A DNA stretch of 64,000 nucleotides from Candidatus Campbellbacteria bacterium GW2011_OD1_34_28 (GCA_001029775.1 CP011215.1:274685-338684), one strand, 5' to 3'. Counted from the stretch's first letter, positions 47,974 through 58,686 are shown. Numbers and translations: made by a program. The notes: a model not told the origin generated them from the letters alone.

Positions 47974-49080
47974 ATGACGATACCTTGGGTGAAGGGGCTT
48001 GCCCCAGCTTGTTTAGGCTTATATACTAATGGTATGGATTCAAATTCAAATATCAATATAACAATTACTTCGGGAACAATCATCAGGTCTATTTTGTTCG
48101 TTTTGCTTGTTTGGTTATTATGGTTTTTGCAAGGCATCGTTTTGGTGATTTTGACAGCAGTTGTAATTGCATCTTCAATTGAACCTCTGGCAAGATGGCT
48201 CGTTAAATACAAGATTCCGAGAGTTTTGGCGGTTATTCTAATTTATGTTTCTTTTGCAGGAATTGTTGTTGGAACATTTTTTGCTTTTGTTCCTCTTTTG
48301 TTAGATGATGCAGCAGGGCTCATTTCTTCATTGCCAGCATATTTTGACTCGATAACTCTTTGGGGCCCTGTGGCCGATTTTAGTGCCGATTTTTCTTTGA
48401 AAAGTTTATTAACAGAATTTAGATCCAGTATTACTGGCGCAACAGGAAGTTTGTTTCAAACATTGAGCGTTATTTTCGGAGGTGCTTTAAACTTTGTCTT
48501 GATTATTGTGCTGTCTTTTTATTTGTCTGTTCAAGAGACTGGAATTCGAGATTTTCTAAAAGTAGTCACTCCTTTAAAACAAGAAAAATATGTTATTGAT
48601 CTTTGGAGACGAACACAGGAAAAAATAGGTCTCTGGATGCAGGGACAATTGTTGTTAGGGATAATTATTGGTATTTTAGTTTATTTGGGATTGACGATTC
48701 TTGGTGTTAAATATGCTTTCTTTTTAGCAATACTGGCTGCTGTCGCAGAATTGATTCCTTTGTTCGGTCCTGTGGTTGCTTCTTTGCCTGCTATTGTGAT
48801 TGGTTTTGCGGATGGTGGAGCTACTATGGGGTTATTTGTTATAGGTCTTTATATAATTATTCAACAATTTGAGAATCATTTAATTTATCCTTTAGTTGTT
48901 AAAAAGGTTGTCGGGGTGCCTCCGCTTTTGGTTATTTTGGCTTTGATTATTGGTGCAAAACTAGCTGGATTTTTGGGACTAATTTTATCAGTTCCGATTG
49001 CGGCCGCTCTTATGGAGTTTGTTCACGATATTGAAAATGATAGAAGAAGTCAGTTAAAAAATCCCCATCAAAATGATTAA
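47974..49080 (+). CDS. AI-2E family transporter (PerM/UPF0118)
   Basis: 8 TM helices, LIPLFGPVVASLPAI motif. Confidence 0.75.
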   Translation: MTIPWVKGLAPACLGLYTNGMDSNSNINITITSGTIIRSILFVLLVWLLWFLQGIVLVILTAVVIASSIEPLARWLVKYKIPRVLAVILIYVSFAGIVVGTFFAFVPLLLDDAAGLISSLPAYFDSITLWGPVADFSADFSLKSLLTEFRSSITGATGSLFQTLSVIFGGALNFVLIIVLSFYLSVQETGIRDFLKVVTPLKQEKYVIDLWRRTQEKIGLWMQGQLLLGIIIGILVYLGLTILGVKYAFFLAILAAVAELIPLFGPVVASLPAIVIGFADGGATMGLFVIGLYIIIQQFENHLIYPLVVKKVVGVPPLLVILALIIGAKLAGFLGLILSVPIAAALMEFVHDIENDRRSQLKNPHQND

Positions 49081-49144
49081 GAATTGACTTGTCGTTCAAA
49101 AATCTCAATTCGGTATAATTTTTTAATTGGTTTTCAAAAATAAA

Positions 49145-50575
49145 ATGTTTAATAAAAAAATAGAAAAATTTTATGTGACAACAGCGATTGATTACGCTAA
49201 TGCGGGTCCTCATTTAGGACACGCCTTAGAAAAAATCCAAGCTGATGTTGTCGCTCGCTATCAAAGACTCTTGGATAAAGATGTTTATTTTTTAACGGGA
49301 ACCGATGAACATGGAATAAAGATTTTGCGAACAGCTGAAAGAGAACATAAAAATGTAACTGATTTCGTTAATGAAAACTCTGATAAGTTTAGAAAATTGC
49401 TAACATCCTTAAACATTTCCAATGATTATTTTGTTAGAACATCAGACAAAAAGGTGCACTGGCCAGGGGCACAATTTTTGTGGAAAAAAATTTTTGAAGC
49501 AGGTGATCTATACAAAGCAAATTATAAGGGCTTTTATTGTGTTGGTTGTGAAGCTTTCCTTACAGAAAAAGATTTGGTTGATAGGAAATGTCCGTACCAC
49601 GACAAAGAACCTGAATTGATTATGGAAGAAAATTATTTTTTTAAAATTTCAAAATATATAGATGAGATTAGAAAAAAAATAAAATCAGACGAATTAGAAA
49701 TTTATCCTAGATCAAGAAAAAATGAAATTTTGGCAATGATTGATAGGGGGGTAGAAGATATTAGTTTTTCTCGCCCAAAAGACAAACTGAGTTGGGGAAT
49801 AGATATACCGAACGATGATACTCAGGTGATGTATGTTTGGTGTGATGCGCTTTCAAATTATATTTCAGCACTTGGTTTTGGAACAGATGAGGATGAAGAT
49901 TATAAAAAGTTTTGGCCGGCAGATTTACATATTGTTGGGAAAGACATCTTGAGATTTCATGCAATTATTTGGCCTGCGATGCTTTTGTCTGCGGGACTGT
50001 CACTGCCTAAGAAGATTTTTGTTCACGGGTTTTTAAATTCTGGTGGAAAGAAGATGTCAAAATCTTTGGGTAATGTCATTACTCCAGAAGAAATAATAGA
50101 AGAATACGGGGCAGAAGCTCTTCGTTATTATTTGCTTCGCGAAGTAACTTCTTATGAAGACGGGGATATTACAAAAGAAAAATTTAAAACTGCTTATAAT
50201 GCAAATCTTGCGAACGGTTTAGGTAATCTCACAAGTAGGATAATGAAAATGGCGGAAAACAATTTGGATAAACCTGTAGATATAGAAAGGGAAGTCTCAC
50301 CTTCTGATTTTTTGGATAATTTAGAGTTCCATAAATTTATGGATTATGTTTGGGAACAAATATCTGAAACAGACCTTTACATTCAAGAGACAGAGCCGTT
50401 TAAACTTATAAAAATTAACCCCGCTCAGGCAAAAGATGTTATTCGTGATCTAGTTCAAAAATTAAATTCTATCGCTGTGTTGTTGGAACCTGTAATGCCG
50501 GAAAGTGCTCAAAAAATTCAAAACGCTATAAAAGAAAACAGGATGCCGTCCGAACCTTTATTTTTGAGAAAATAA
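49145..50575 (+). CDS. metG: Methionine--tRNA ligase (short form without C-terminal tRNA-binding domain)
   Basis: YVTTAIDYANAGPHLGHA (HIGH-like), KMSKSLGN. Confidence 0.85.
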   Translation: MFNKKIEKFYVTTAIDYANAGPHLGHALEKIQADVVARYQRLLDKDVYFLTGTDEHGIKILRTAEREHKNVTDFVNENSDKFRKLLTSLNISNDYFVRTSDKKVHWPGAQFLWKKIFEAGDLYKANYKGFYCVGCEAFLTEKDLVDRKCPYHDKEPELIMEENYFFKISKYIDEIRKKIKSDELEIYPRSRKNEILAMIDRGVEDISFSRPKDKLSWGIDIPNDDTQVMYVWCDALSNYISALGFGTDEDEDYKKFWPADLHIVGKDILRFHAIIWPAMLLSAGLSLPKKIFVHGFLNSGGKKMSKSLGNVITPEEIIEEYGAEALRYYLLREVTSYEDGDITKEKFKTAYNANLANGLGNLTSRIMKMAENNLDKPVDIEREVSPSDFLDNLEFHKFMDYVWEQISETDLYIQETEPFKLIKINPAQAKDVIRDLVQKLNSIAVLLEPVMPESAQKIQNAIKENRMPSEPLFLRK

Positions 50576-50666
50576 AGGTGTTAATAACCTGTTTATTCAT
50601 TTTTGAATAAGTGCTATTCTAAATATTAGGACACTCTTTATTAAGAAATCTACTTTTTATAAAAAA

Positions 50667-53600
50667 ATGAATAAAATTAATTACGGAATGATCCTTGTGA
50701 TTATTGTTGCTTTTCTCTTTGTAGTCACATCTGATTTTTCAAATAAAACAAATAAAAACGAACAACTTGCTCTCGCTGCACCCGTTTCTGGTGGAGAAAC
50801 TGTCTCTGTTATACGACCAAGTTGTAGTGGTTATGAGCCTGGCACTTGTTTTACATCTCTTGCTAGTTGGGAAAGTAACTTTGGAGGAATAGATTTTGGT
50901 ACTTGTACTAGTGGTGATTTGGTGTGTGCTAATACAAGCGCCGTAGCAAAGATAGAAGGAAGCTGGACCACTGCTGACAATGCCATAATAATTAGTGGCT
51001 GGACAACATCTTCCTCAAATTATATCAAGATCTATACAGCATCAGATGCAAGGCATAGCGGAGTTTGGAGCAATAGTAAATATAGGATTTCTTCTACTGC
51101 CTCATCTATTGATGTGAGAGAGAAGAATGTGATTATTGATGGTTTGCAGTTGGTTTTGACAGGTTCTAATGGTTGGAAAAATGGCGTACGCTATGAGCCT
51201 GAAGAGAGCCTTATTTCTGGAGGAACACACATTGTTTCAAATTGTATTATAAAATCTACAAACACATCTACTTCGGGAATTAGTGGTATTAATGCAAGCA
51301 ATTGGGATTCAGAAAGTTCGGTGAGTTTTTATAACAATATTGTTTATGGGTTTTCTAATTATGGTATTTATTTAAAATTGCTTAATTCTTCTAATGCTTT
51401 TATTTATAACAATACTGTTTATGGAATAAACGGCAACGGAATAGAGGTGGGTAATAATTTTGCTTTGTTAAAAAATAATATTGTTCAAAATTCTTTGAAA
51501 AGTTATGTGGGCACAGCAAAAACAGGCTCTTCAAACAATATTTCTTCCGACGCTACAGCTCCTGGTTCTAATTCAAAAATAAATCAGACAGTGTCTTTTG
51601 TTTCGACAAGTGCGGGAAGTGAAGACTTCCACCTTTCTTCTTCTGACACCTCAGCAAGAGACGCTGGCATAAGTTTGAGCGGAGATAGCGGACTGTCTTT
51701 TTCAACGGATATAGATGGATCAGCAAGAAGTGGTGCTTGGGATATTGGAGCCGATGAACAAAGCGGTTCTGCTCTTCCTCCAGAACCTCCAACTTCCGAC
51801 ACAACCCCTCCAACAGTCACCAGTCCATCACCAAGTGGAACATTATCATCTGGGACAACATCGGTGACACTTTCGGTAACAACAAACGAAACATCTGTTT
51901 GTAAATATTCCACAATCGCCAACACTGCATATACATCAATGACAAACACAATGTCAACGAGCGGAAATACACACACAAAAATAATAAGTAGCTTAACAAA
52001 TGGAACAACTTACAATTATTACGTAAAGTGTAGAGACACAGCAGGGAACACGACAGCTTCTGATACTACAATTAGTTTTGGTGTGGCGAGTGTTGTTACA
52101 CCACCCTCAAGCTCATCTTTTAAACCAGTGGCAAGATTTGATGTCGTTCCATATCAAAGAATCGAATATGGCAATTCATTTAAAATAGGAGTAGTGGCTT
52201 TTTCCAAGCCGGGAATTCAAAGAGTTGAATTTAGTGCCACCGGTCAGGGCTATTCCGGTGGAACAAAAACTGTCACTTCAATGTCTCTCAATAGTACTAG
52301 CGGAGTATGGGAATATTGGACGACATTTTCTGCCAGTGAATTTACAGGCAATGGGGCTATCACTATTACCGCCTTGGTTAGAGATAATCAAGGGAATACT
52401 CGAAATCTTACCCTTCCGATGTTTGCATATGGTGCAAGTGCTTTTACGCCTGTTAAGATTTGGATAGACAACACTGTGGGAAATGATAGCACTTGTGCAA
52501 TTAATAAAGAGACGACTCCATGTAAAACTCTTTCTTCGGCAGTAACAAAAGTTAAGACCGCAAACGGCGGAGTGTGTGATGGAGCTGTTTTCTATTATCA
52601 AGAAGGAACTTATTCCAACTCAGCTTCTGTCACCGTCACAACTTCAGCTCAGTGGGCGACTATAACAAAAGATCCAGATGCCGATAAAAACAAAGTGATC
52701 CTTAACGGAGCTCCAAGTAGCGGAAGAATTTATGGTGGTTATGTTAAGTTCGATTCTGTTACGATGAAAAGTTTAGGAGCTTCTTCATATGTAGCTGATC
52801 CGGATCGTATTTGGACTAACAATTCTAGAAAGATTGGATCTGGTCGTTGGAATTCCAATTCAAATCCTATACAAATCAGTGATCCAGATAACCATTGGAG
52901 CACAAATGATTATACCTATGATGTAGATTTCGCTTATCAACGTGCCGCACTCGTAAGGGGGGCAACCATTGAAAAAGTGGGAAATGATACTTTTCAGAAT
53001 ACTCGAATGGTAGTTAACAGCACTATGAATGATTCTGATCACGGTACTAACTATGCTACACACAATGATGGTTATCAGGTATTTAATACAAATGAAGCGT
53101 CACCACCAGCAGACAATAGAATCATCTATAATTACAAAGCAACCAATATGCATTATCAGGGTATTTTCATGCGGTCCGATTTGGGGACTGCTACCAATAA
53201 TGCTTTTGTTAATGTTGTAATGGAAATGCGTGATCCAGCAAATCTAAATGAAGCTAACAACTATCCTCACTCTGCATTCGCGGCATATCATAATTGGGAC
53301 CACCTGATAATTTGGAACAGCTCATTCTTGTGGGGAAATTCTAGCATTTATACTTCTGGGCTTACAAATTCGTCTATTGTTGGAAATGTTTTCTTTTCTC
53401 TTGAAAATACAGAAACATCAGCTGGAAATCCAGTTGTTCCATCGATGGCACCTGGAAACGCTGGCAACAATGAAGTAATTCACAATCACTTTGAGTGGGT
53501 GTACGGAGTATCTCCATCTTGTTCTTATCTTGGAAGGTCTTCCGACACTCTTTATAATCCTGATAAAATTTGCCCAAGGTATTATGCAAAACGTCCTGAT

Positions 53601-54932
53601 TCTGATGCGGGGGTATCTTCTACCGTAGGCGGAGGCACAATTAACCTAGACAATCAATCCGCGTCCTTTCTTCGTCCGGTCGGCAGTATTTTGATTGGCA
53701 GATTCACATCTCGCGTTCCAGTCGATGTTAATAATGTAATCAGAGGTGCCTTGTCTGATGTGGGGGCTGTTGAACAAAGCGGTTCTTCTCTTCCTCCAGA
53801 GCCTCCAGCTTCCGACACAATCCCTCCAACAGTCACCAGTCCATCACCAAGTGGAACATTATCATCTGGAACAACATCGGTAACACTTTCAGTAACAACA
53901 AACGAAACATCTGTTTGTAAATATTCCACAACCGCCAACACTGCATATACATCAATGACAAACACAATGTCAGCGAGCGGAAATACACACACAAAAACAA
54001 TAAGTAGCTTAACAAACGGGACAACTTACAATTATTACGTAAAGTGTAGAGACACAGCAGGGAACACGACAGCTTCTGATACTACAATTAATTTCAATGT
54101 AGGAACTTCGAGCTCGCTTCCTGATACACAAGCTCCGACTGGTGGAACTATTTTAATTAACAATGGTTCTGACACAACCAATTCAGTAGATGTTATTTTG
54201 ACACTAAGTGCGAATGACAATGTTGGAGTAACTCAGATGAGATTTTCAAATAACAATTTGATATATTCAGAATGGGAGAATTACAGCACAACTAAAAATT
54301 GGATTTTGCCTTCTGGAGACGGAACAAAAACTATTTATGTTAAATACAGAGATTCCGCAGGAAACACTTCCTCTTCTGCGAGCGATTCAATTACTTACAC
54401 AACTTCTACTACACCACCTGTTAGTGGAGGAGGAGGTGGAAGCGGCGGAGGTGGAGGTAGTACCGGTGGAAGTAGCGGCGGAGGTGGAAGTATCAGTTAT
54501 CCCGGTCAAACAAATCCTACAAATGTTCCTGCTCCTACAAATATAATTACAGTTTTCACTCAAAATCTTTCTTTTGGATCAGAGAATGATATGGTAAGAA
54601 AATTGCAAGAATTTTTGGCAAGAGACAGAACAATCTATCCTGAAGGAATTATCAGTGGTTTTTATGGAAACATGACGCTTAAAGCGATACAAAGATTCCA
54701 ATCAAAATACAATATCGTTACTTCGGGAACTCCAGAAACTACTGGTTATGGAAGTGTTGGACCAAAGACAAGAATAAAATTGAATGAAATATATGGTGGT
54801 TCTCCAATAACAGCCGCATCAAATATTGCCAGATTAACCTTTGAACAAATTAATGCCATTGTTAACTTGCTAATTTCTTTCGGAGCAGACAATGCTGTTG
54901 TGGAAAATGTAAGAAACATTTTGAATCGGTGA
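50667..54932 (+). CDS. Large surface protein: signal/TM anchor, parallel beta-helix, two near-identical Fn3/Ig-like modules, Gly-rich linker, C-terminal peptidoglycan-binding domain
   Basis: PbH1-like NNxVYG repeats; two ~108-aa modules (VTSPSPSGTLSSGTTSVTLSVTTNETSVCKYS...YYVKCRDTAGNTT) ~97% identical at DNA level (51755-52077 vs 53773-54100); GGGGGSGGGGGS linker; PG_binding_1-like LQEFL...FQSKYNI...GPKT. Confidence 0.7.
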   Translation: MNKINYGMILVIIVAFLFVVTSDFSNKTNKNEQLALAAPVSGGETVSVIRPSCSGYEPGTCFTSLASWESNFGGIDFGTCTSGDLVCANTSAVAKIEGSWTTADNAIIISGWTTSSSNYIKIYTASDARHSGVWSNSKYRISSTASSIDVREKNVIIDGLQLVLTGSNGWKNGVRYEPEESLISGGTHIVSNCIIKSTNTSTSGISGINASNWDSESSVSFYNNIVYGFSNYGIYLKLLNSSNAFIYNNTVYGINGNGIEVGNNFALLKNNIVQNSLKSYVGTAKTGSSNNISSDATAPGSNSKINQTVSFVSTSAGSEDFHLSSSDTSARDAGISLSGDSGLSFSTDIDGSARSGAWDIGADEQSGSALPPEPPTSDTTPPTVTSPSPSGTLSSGTTSVTLSVTTNETSVCKYSTIANTAYTSMTNTMSTSGNTHTKIISSLTNGTTYNYYVKCRDTAGNTTASDTTISFGVASVVTPPSSSSFKPVARFDVVPYQRIEYGNSFKIGVVAFSKPGIQRVEFSATGQGYSGGTKTVTSMSLNSTSGVWEYWTTFSASEFTGNGAITITALVRDNQGNTRNLTLPMFAYGASAFTPVKIWIDNTVGNDSTCAINKETTPCKTLSSAVTKVKTANGGVCDGAVFYYQEGTYSNSASVTVTTSAQWATITKDPDADKNKVILNGAPSSGRIYGGYVKFDSVTMKSLGASSYVADPDRIWTNNSRKIGSGRWNSNSNPIQISDPDNHWSTNDYTYDVDFAYQRAALVRGATIEKVGNDTFQNTRMVVNSTMNDSDHGTNYATHNDGYQVFNTNEASPPADNRIIYNYKATNMHYQGIFMRSDLGTATNNAFVNVVMEMRDPANLNEANNYPHSAFAAYHNWDHLIIWNSSFLWGNSSIYTSGLTNSSIVGNVFFSLENTETSAGNPVVPSMAPGNAGNNEVIHNHFEWVYGVSPSCSYLGRSSDTLYNPDKICPRYYAKRPDSDAGVSSTVGGGTINLDNQSASFLRPVGSILIGRFTSRVPVDVNNVIRGALSDVGAVEQSGSSLPPEPPASDTIPPTVTSPSPSGTLSSGTTSVTLSVTTNETSVCKYSTTANTAYTSMTNTMSASGNTHTKTISSLTNGTTYNYYVKCRDTAGNTTASDTTINFNVGTSSSLPDTQAPTGGTILINNGSDTTNSVDVILTLSANDNVGVTQMRFSNNNLIYSEWENYSTTKNWILPSGDGTKTIYVKYRDSAGNTSSSASDSITYTTSTTPPVSGGGGGSGGGGGSTGGSSGGGGSISYPGQTNPTNVPAPTNIITVFTQNLSFGSENDMVRKLQEFLARDRTIYPEGIISGFYGNMTLKAIQRFQSKYNIVTSGTPETTGYGSVGPKTRIKLNEIYGGSPITAASNIARLTFEQINAIVNLLISFGADNAVVENVRNILNR

Positions 54933-54955
54933 TAGGGGGTGCTATTATTGTTTTT

Positions 54956-55747
54956 ATGTATCCAAAATATTTTGATATTCATTCACATTTAGATTTTCCA
55001 AAGTTTGATGATGATAGAGAAGAAGTAATTTCTCGTATGCGAGAGAATGAAGTTTTTACTATTTCTGTTGGAACCGATTTAGAAAATTCTAAAAAAGTGG
55101 TTGAGATTGCTGAAAAAAATGAAAATGTTTTTGCTATTATTGGTTTACACCCAAACGATAATCATTTGGAAGGTTTTGAAGAAGAAGATTACACCGAATT
55201 GGCAAAGAGCAAAAAAGTGGTCGGAGTAGGAGAATGTGGTTTGGATTTTTTTCGTTTAAATAATGAAAACAGAGATGTGGAAAAGATAAGACAAATAAGT
55301 ATTTTTAATAAACAAATTGATTTTGCCGTTAAGCATGATTTGCCGTTGATGATACATATAAGAGAAGCGCACGAAGAAACGCTAAAAATTTTGCAAGAAA
55401 AAAAGAAACATTATGGAGATAGATTGAGAGGGAATATTCATTTTTTTTCGGGCGGTGTTGATTTGGCAAAAAAATATATTGATCTGGGGTTTACAATCTC
55501 TTTTACGGGAGTAGTCACTTTTACTAGTGATTATGACGAGGTGATTAGACAAATGCCTTTGGATAAAATCATGTCCGAGACAGACGCTCCTTTTGTTGCG
55601 CCAGTACCATTTAGGGGGCAGAGATGCGAACCTGCTTATGTAAAAGAGGTGGTAAAGCGGATCGCCGAGATAAAAAATCTCGATTTTGAGGAGGTAAGAA
55701 CAAAAATGGTTGAAAATGCCCTGAGAGAGTTTAAAATAACCCTTTAA
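54956..55747 (+). CDS. tatD: TatD-family metal-dependent DNase
   Basis: YFDIHSHLDF, GECGLD, HxR motifs. Confidence 0.8.
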   Translation: MYPKYFDIHSHLDFPKFDDDREEVISRMRENEVFTISVGTDLENSKKVVEIAEKNENVFAIIGLHPNDNHLEGFEEEDYTELAKSKKVVGVGECGLDFFRLNNENRDVEKIRQISIFNKQIDFAVKHDLPLMIHIREAHEETLKILQEKKKHYGDRLRGNIHFFSGGVDLAKKYIDLGFTISFTGVVTFTSDYDEVIRQMPLDKIMSETDAPFVAPVPFRGQRCEPAYVKEVVKRIAEIKNLDFEEVRTKMVENALREFKITL

Positions 55748-55785
55748 TATTGCATTAGAGTGAGACATGTGTTAATCTAGTAGCC

Positions 55786-56271
55786 ATGACAAACGCAGAT
55801 AAACTATCAAAAAATGAAGGAAACAAGGTCTACGAGATAGGCTTTCTTTTGTTGCCTAACATAGAAGAGACAAAAGTTTCTGGAGAAGTTGTAAAAATTA
55901 AAGACATTATTGAGAAAAAAGGTGGATCTTTTATTTCAGAAGGAACAACCGAAATGAGAAATTTGGCTTATCAAATGTCAAAATCATTGAATGGAAAGAA
56001 ACAAAAGTTTAACAATGCTTATTCTGGTTGGGTAAAGTTTGAAGCAAACGCCAGCGTGATAAACGATGTAAAGAAAGAAATTGACGGATTGGAAAAAGTT
56101 TTGAGATATTTGATCATTATTACAACAAGAGAAAATGTTGCAATCCCTCCTATAAAAACAGGAAAATTCTCTTTTAACGAAGAAGAAAAGACAGTTGTTG
56201 AGCCTGTAGTAGAAGAAAAACCGGTTTCTGAGGAACTTGATGAAACAATTGACGAATTGGTAATAGAATAG
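55786..56271 (+). CDS. rpsF: 30S ribosomal protein S6 with acidic C-terminal extension
   Basis: YEIGFLL...NLAYQ...GWVKFEA pattern; rpsF-ssb-rpsR operon. Confidence 0.7.
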   Translation: MTNADKLSKNEGNKVYEIGFLLLPNIEETKVSGEVVKIKDIIEKKGGSFISEGTTEMRNLAYQMSKSLNGKKQKFNNAYSGWVKFEANASVINDVKKEIDGLEKVLRYLIIITTRENVAIPPIKTGKFSFNEEEKTVVEPVVEEKPVSEELDETIDELVIE

Positions 56272-56332
56272 AATTTACAAAATAAGTTTTTTACTATAGA
56301 CTAAAAACTATAAACTAAAAACTATAAAAATT

Positions 56333-56779
56333 ATGTATTTAAACAAAGTCATCATAATTGGAAATTTAACAAGAGACCCTGAATTGAAGTCTCTTCCATC
56401 TGGAATACAGGTAGCCAATATTGGAGTTGCTACAAACAGAGTTTGGAAAGACAAAGATGGAAACAAGCAAGAAAATACAGAATTTCACAATGTGGTGATC
56501 TTTGGAAGACAGGCAGAAACAACATCGCAATATTTGAAAAAAGGAAGCAGTGTCTTGATTGAAGGAAGATTGCAGACGAGAAGTTGGGAAGATAAAGAGA
56601 CAGGAAAAAAATTGTATAGAACCGAGGTAATCGCCGAAGCCGTACAATTTGGACCAAGAAAAGATGGATCAGTAGGGGGAGGAAATACACAACAAACCCA
56701 ACAACAAGCACCAGCTAAAGAGATAGAAACGATTGAATATCCAGAGGAAGAAATTAACCCCGAAGATATTCCATTCTAA
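56333..56779 (+). CDS. ssb: Single-stranded DNA-binding protein
   Basis: OB fold NKVIIIGNLTRDPEL..., C-terminal acidic tail ending DIPF. Confidence 0.85.
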   Translation: MYLNKVIIIGNLTRDPELKSLPSGIQVANIGVATNRVWKDKDGNKQENTEFHNVVIFGRQAETTSQYLKKGSSVLIEGRLQTRSWEDKETGKKLYRTEVIAEAVQFGPRKDGSVGGGNTQQTQQQAPAKEIETIEYPEEEINPEDIPF

Positions 56780-56912
56780 TTTTCTTTAGAAAATTAGAAC
56801 AAGTAGAAAGTTCGTAAAGTTCATAAAGTTACAAGTATTGAATTTTATGATTTATCAGTTATGATGAAACTTTATAAACTTTTAACTTTATAAACTTTTA
56901 AACTTAATTTTT

Positions 56913-57113
56913 ATGAAACAATGTCATTTTTCAAAAAATAATATAAATTATATAGACTACAAAGAAGTAGATTCTTTGAGAAAGTTTATTAACCCTCACG
57001 GAAGAATGGTTGCAAGAAAGAGATCAGGTCTTTGTGCAAAACATCAAAAGCAACTAACAGAGGCAATCAAGAGAGCAAGATTTATGGGGTTTTTGCCTTT
57101 CGTAATAAGATAA
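56913..57113 (+). CDS. rpsR: 30S ribosomal protein S18
   Basis: IDYKEVDSLRKFI...RKRSGLCAKHQKQLTEAIKRARFMG. Confidence 0.85.
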   Translation: MKQCHFSKNNINYIDYKEVDSLRKFINPHGRMVARKRSGLCAKHQKQLTEAIKRARFMGFLPFVIR

Positions 57114-57116
57114 TTT

Positions 57117-57150
57117 AATTTAAAAAACCGAGCACTTGCTCGGTTTTTTA
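57117..57150 (+). terminator. Intrinsic terminator after rpsR
   Basis: aaaaaaccgagcacttgctcggttttttaaa. Confidence 0.6.
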
Positions 57151-57232
57151 AATTTGCTTAATCATACCAGTTTTGATATAACTAATTCAGAAAATTGAAC
57201 TTGAAAAAGCCAAATAAATAAAGAGGTATTCA

Positions 57233-57526
57233 ATGACAAATGAGAACAAAAGCCTTTGCTGGGTTGATGGGGATGCTTGTCCTTATCATAGTGGCTTGTC
57301 TTGTTTAAAAAATTCTCCGATAAATTCTTGTTCGCACTGTGTCAGATACGAACAAAATAAGGAACTAATTATTGACCTAATAGGAGATAGCATTGATTCC
57401 GTATTTGTAAGCGATGAGGACATTGGTGTAATATGCTCTCTTCTTAGGATTTTGAGAAAGCACGAGGAATATTTGTCACAAGACAGCGCTGAATCTCTTA
57501 AAAGAATCTTAAAACATTACGAATGA
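57233..57526 (+). CDS. Small Cys-rich protein (CWVDx3C...CxxC), hypothetical
   Basis: AAAGAGG RBS; N-terminus paralogous to the next ORF. Confidence 0.4.
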   Translation: MTNENKSLCWVDGDACPYHSGLSCLKNSPINSCSHCVRYEQNKELIIDLIGDSIDSVFVSDEDIGVICSLLRILRKHEEYLSQDSAESLKRILKHYE

Positions 57527-57533
57527 GGTGTAT

Positions 57534-58115
57534 ATGAATAATACTTGCTGGGTTGATAATAAGGTTTGTCACGAGTCGGACAGAATGATCCTTGGGGTTT
57601 TGAACTCTGGGGTCTGTAAAGATTGCTCAAGGATTATCGGACGAAAAGGCGAGATAGAAGATTTCTTTTTTGAGGTTATTGGCGAGAAAAAAGACGATTG
57701 GGTGGACGAGGAAAGTATTTTGAGTAGTTTGGCACAGGCTAATGTTTTAGAAAATGCTTGTTTCATTTATAATTTACTGGAAGACCTTCAGAAACTTCTT
57801 AAAAAACATTTGGAGAATTTTGTCGAGAAAGTTAAGTCGTCTAACAATCTTCTTGAAATCAGAACCGTTGTTGAAGTAAATAGGGAACTGATTTTGGTTT
57901 CCAGTAGTCAGGACACATGGGAGGAGATTCTTCAGATACTGGATTCAGAAGATAGTGACCTAAAAATCTACAAGGATTTATTGGTAAGGTTGGATGAACT
58001 ATTCTATAGCAATCATTTTGAAAATTCATCGACTTTCGCAGAATTAATATCCCTTTTCCGAGAAATTGACCAGTCACAACTGATACGTAAAACAAAGACC
58101 CGTGTCTTTTTTTAA
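57534..58115 (+). CDS. Hypothetical protein with paralogous CWVDx3C...CxxC N-terminal module
   Basis: GAGGTG RBS; start 8 nt after the previous stop; terminator at 58116-58150. Confidence 0.4.
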   Translation: MNNTCWVDNKVCHESDRMILGVLNSGVCKDCSRIIGRKGEIEDFFFEVIGEKKDDWVDEESILSSLAQANVLENACFIYNLLEDLQKLLKKHLENFVEKVKSSNNLLEIRTVVEVNRELILVSSSQDTWEEILQILDSEDSDLKIYKDLLVRLDELFYSNHFENSSTFAELISLFREIDQSQLIRKTKTRVFF

Positions 58116-58290
58116 CATCAAAAACCCGAGCACTCGCTCGGGTTTTTATAATTCAAAAATAACCAAACTATACTAAAACACTGACGGCCGTCAGAATTTT
58201 AGTATAGTTTATTTGCTTTTATTTTTGATATATTGTAACTTTATAGGTAGATATTTTTTCTTAATCATCTTTAGAATAGGAGAACCTGAA

Positions 58291-58686
58291 ATGTCAGAAT
58301 CGAAATATTCGGCGGAATGGCCGGAGAGATGGCGTCAATCAAAAGAGAAGTGGGAAGGGGTTGTTAGACGAGTTAAAAATAAGCAACGTTTTGATGTTGA
58401 TTCCATTGGATGGTATGATCTTCTTGTTGTTGCAGAATGTGGTTATTGTGAGGAATTTGTTGATAATCCCGAATCCCATGTTTCTCCTTGCCGACATTGC
58501 TCTCTTTTTAATGATAATTATTGTTCTTGCTATCAATATTCTAATGTTTTCTGGGATTTTGTCGGAAAAATGCGAAGAAAAGATTTTTGTGATGCGCAGG
58601 AGCTCGCCCAAAAAATGCTTGATCGGATTATGCAGGATGATCCGGAGAAAGCGATTGCTGATGTGGGCAAGAAAATCGAGGCGTGA
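58291..58686 (+). CDS. Cys-rich hypothetical protein (CGYCEEF...CRHC...CSCYQY)
   Basis: ATAGGAGAA RBS; terminator at 58693-58735. Confidence 0.4.
   Translation: MSESKYSAEWPERWRQSKEKWEGVVRRVKNKQRFDVDSIGWYDLLVVAECGYCEEFVDNPESHVSPCRHCSLFNDNYCSCYQYSNVFWDFVGKMRRKDFCDAQELAQKMLDRIMQDDPEKAIADVGKKIEA

Noticed and set aside
51584-53992. Paired minus-strand ORFs 51584..51976 / 53654..53992 and 51817..52008 / 53833..54024 with near-identical products
   Set aside because: They are mirror images of the internal direct repeat of the large + strand surface-protein gene
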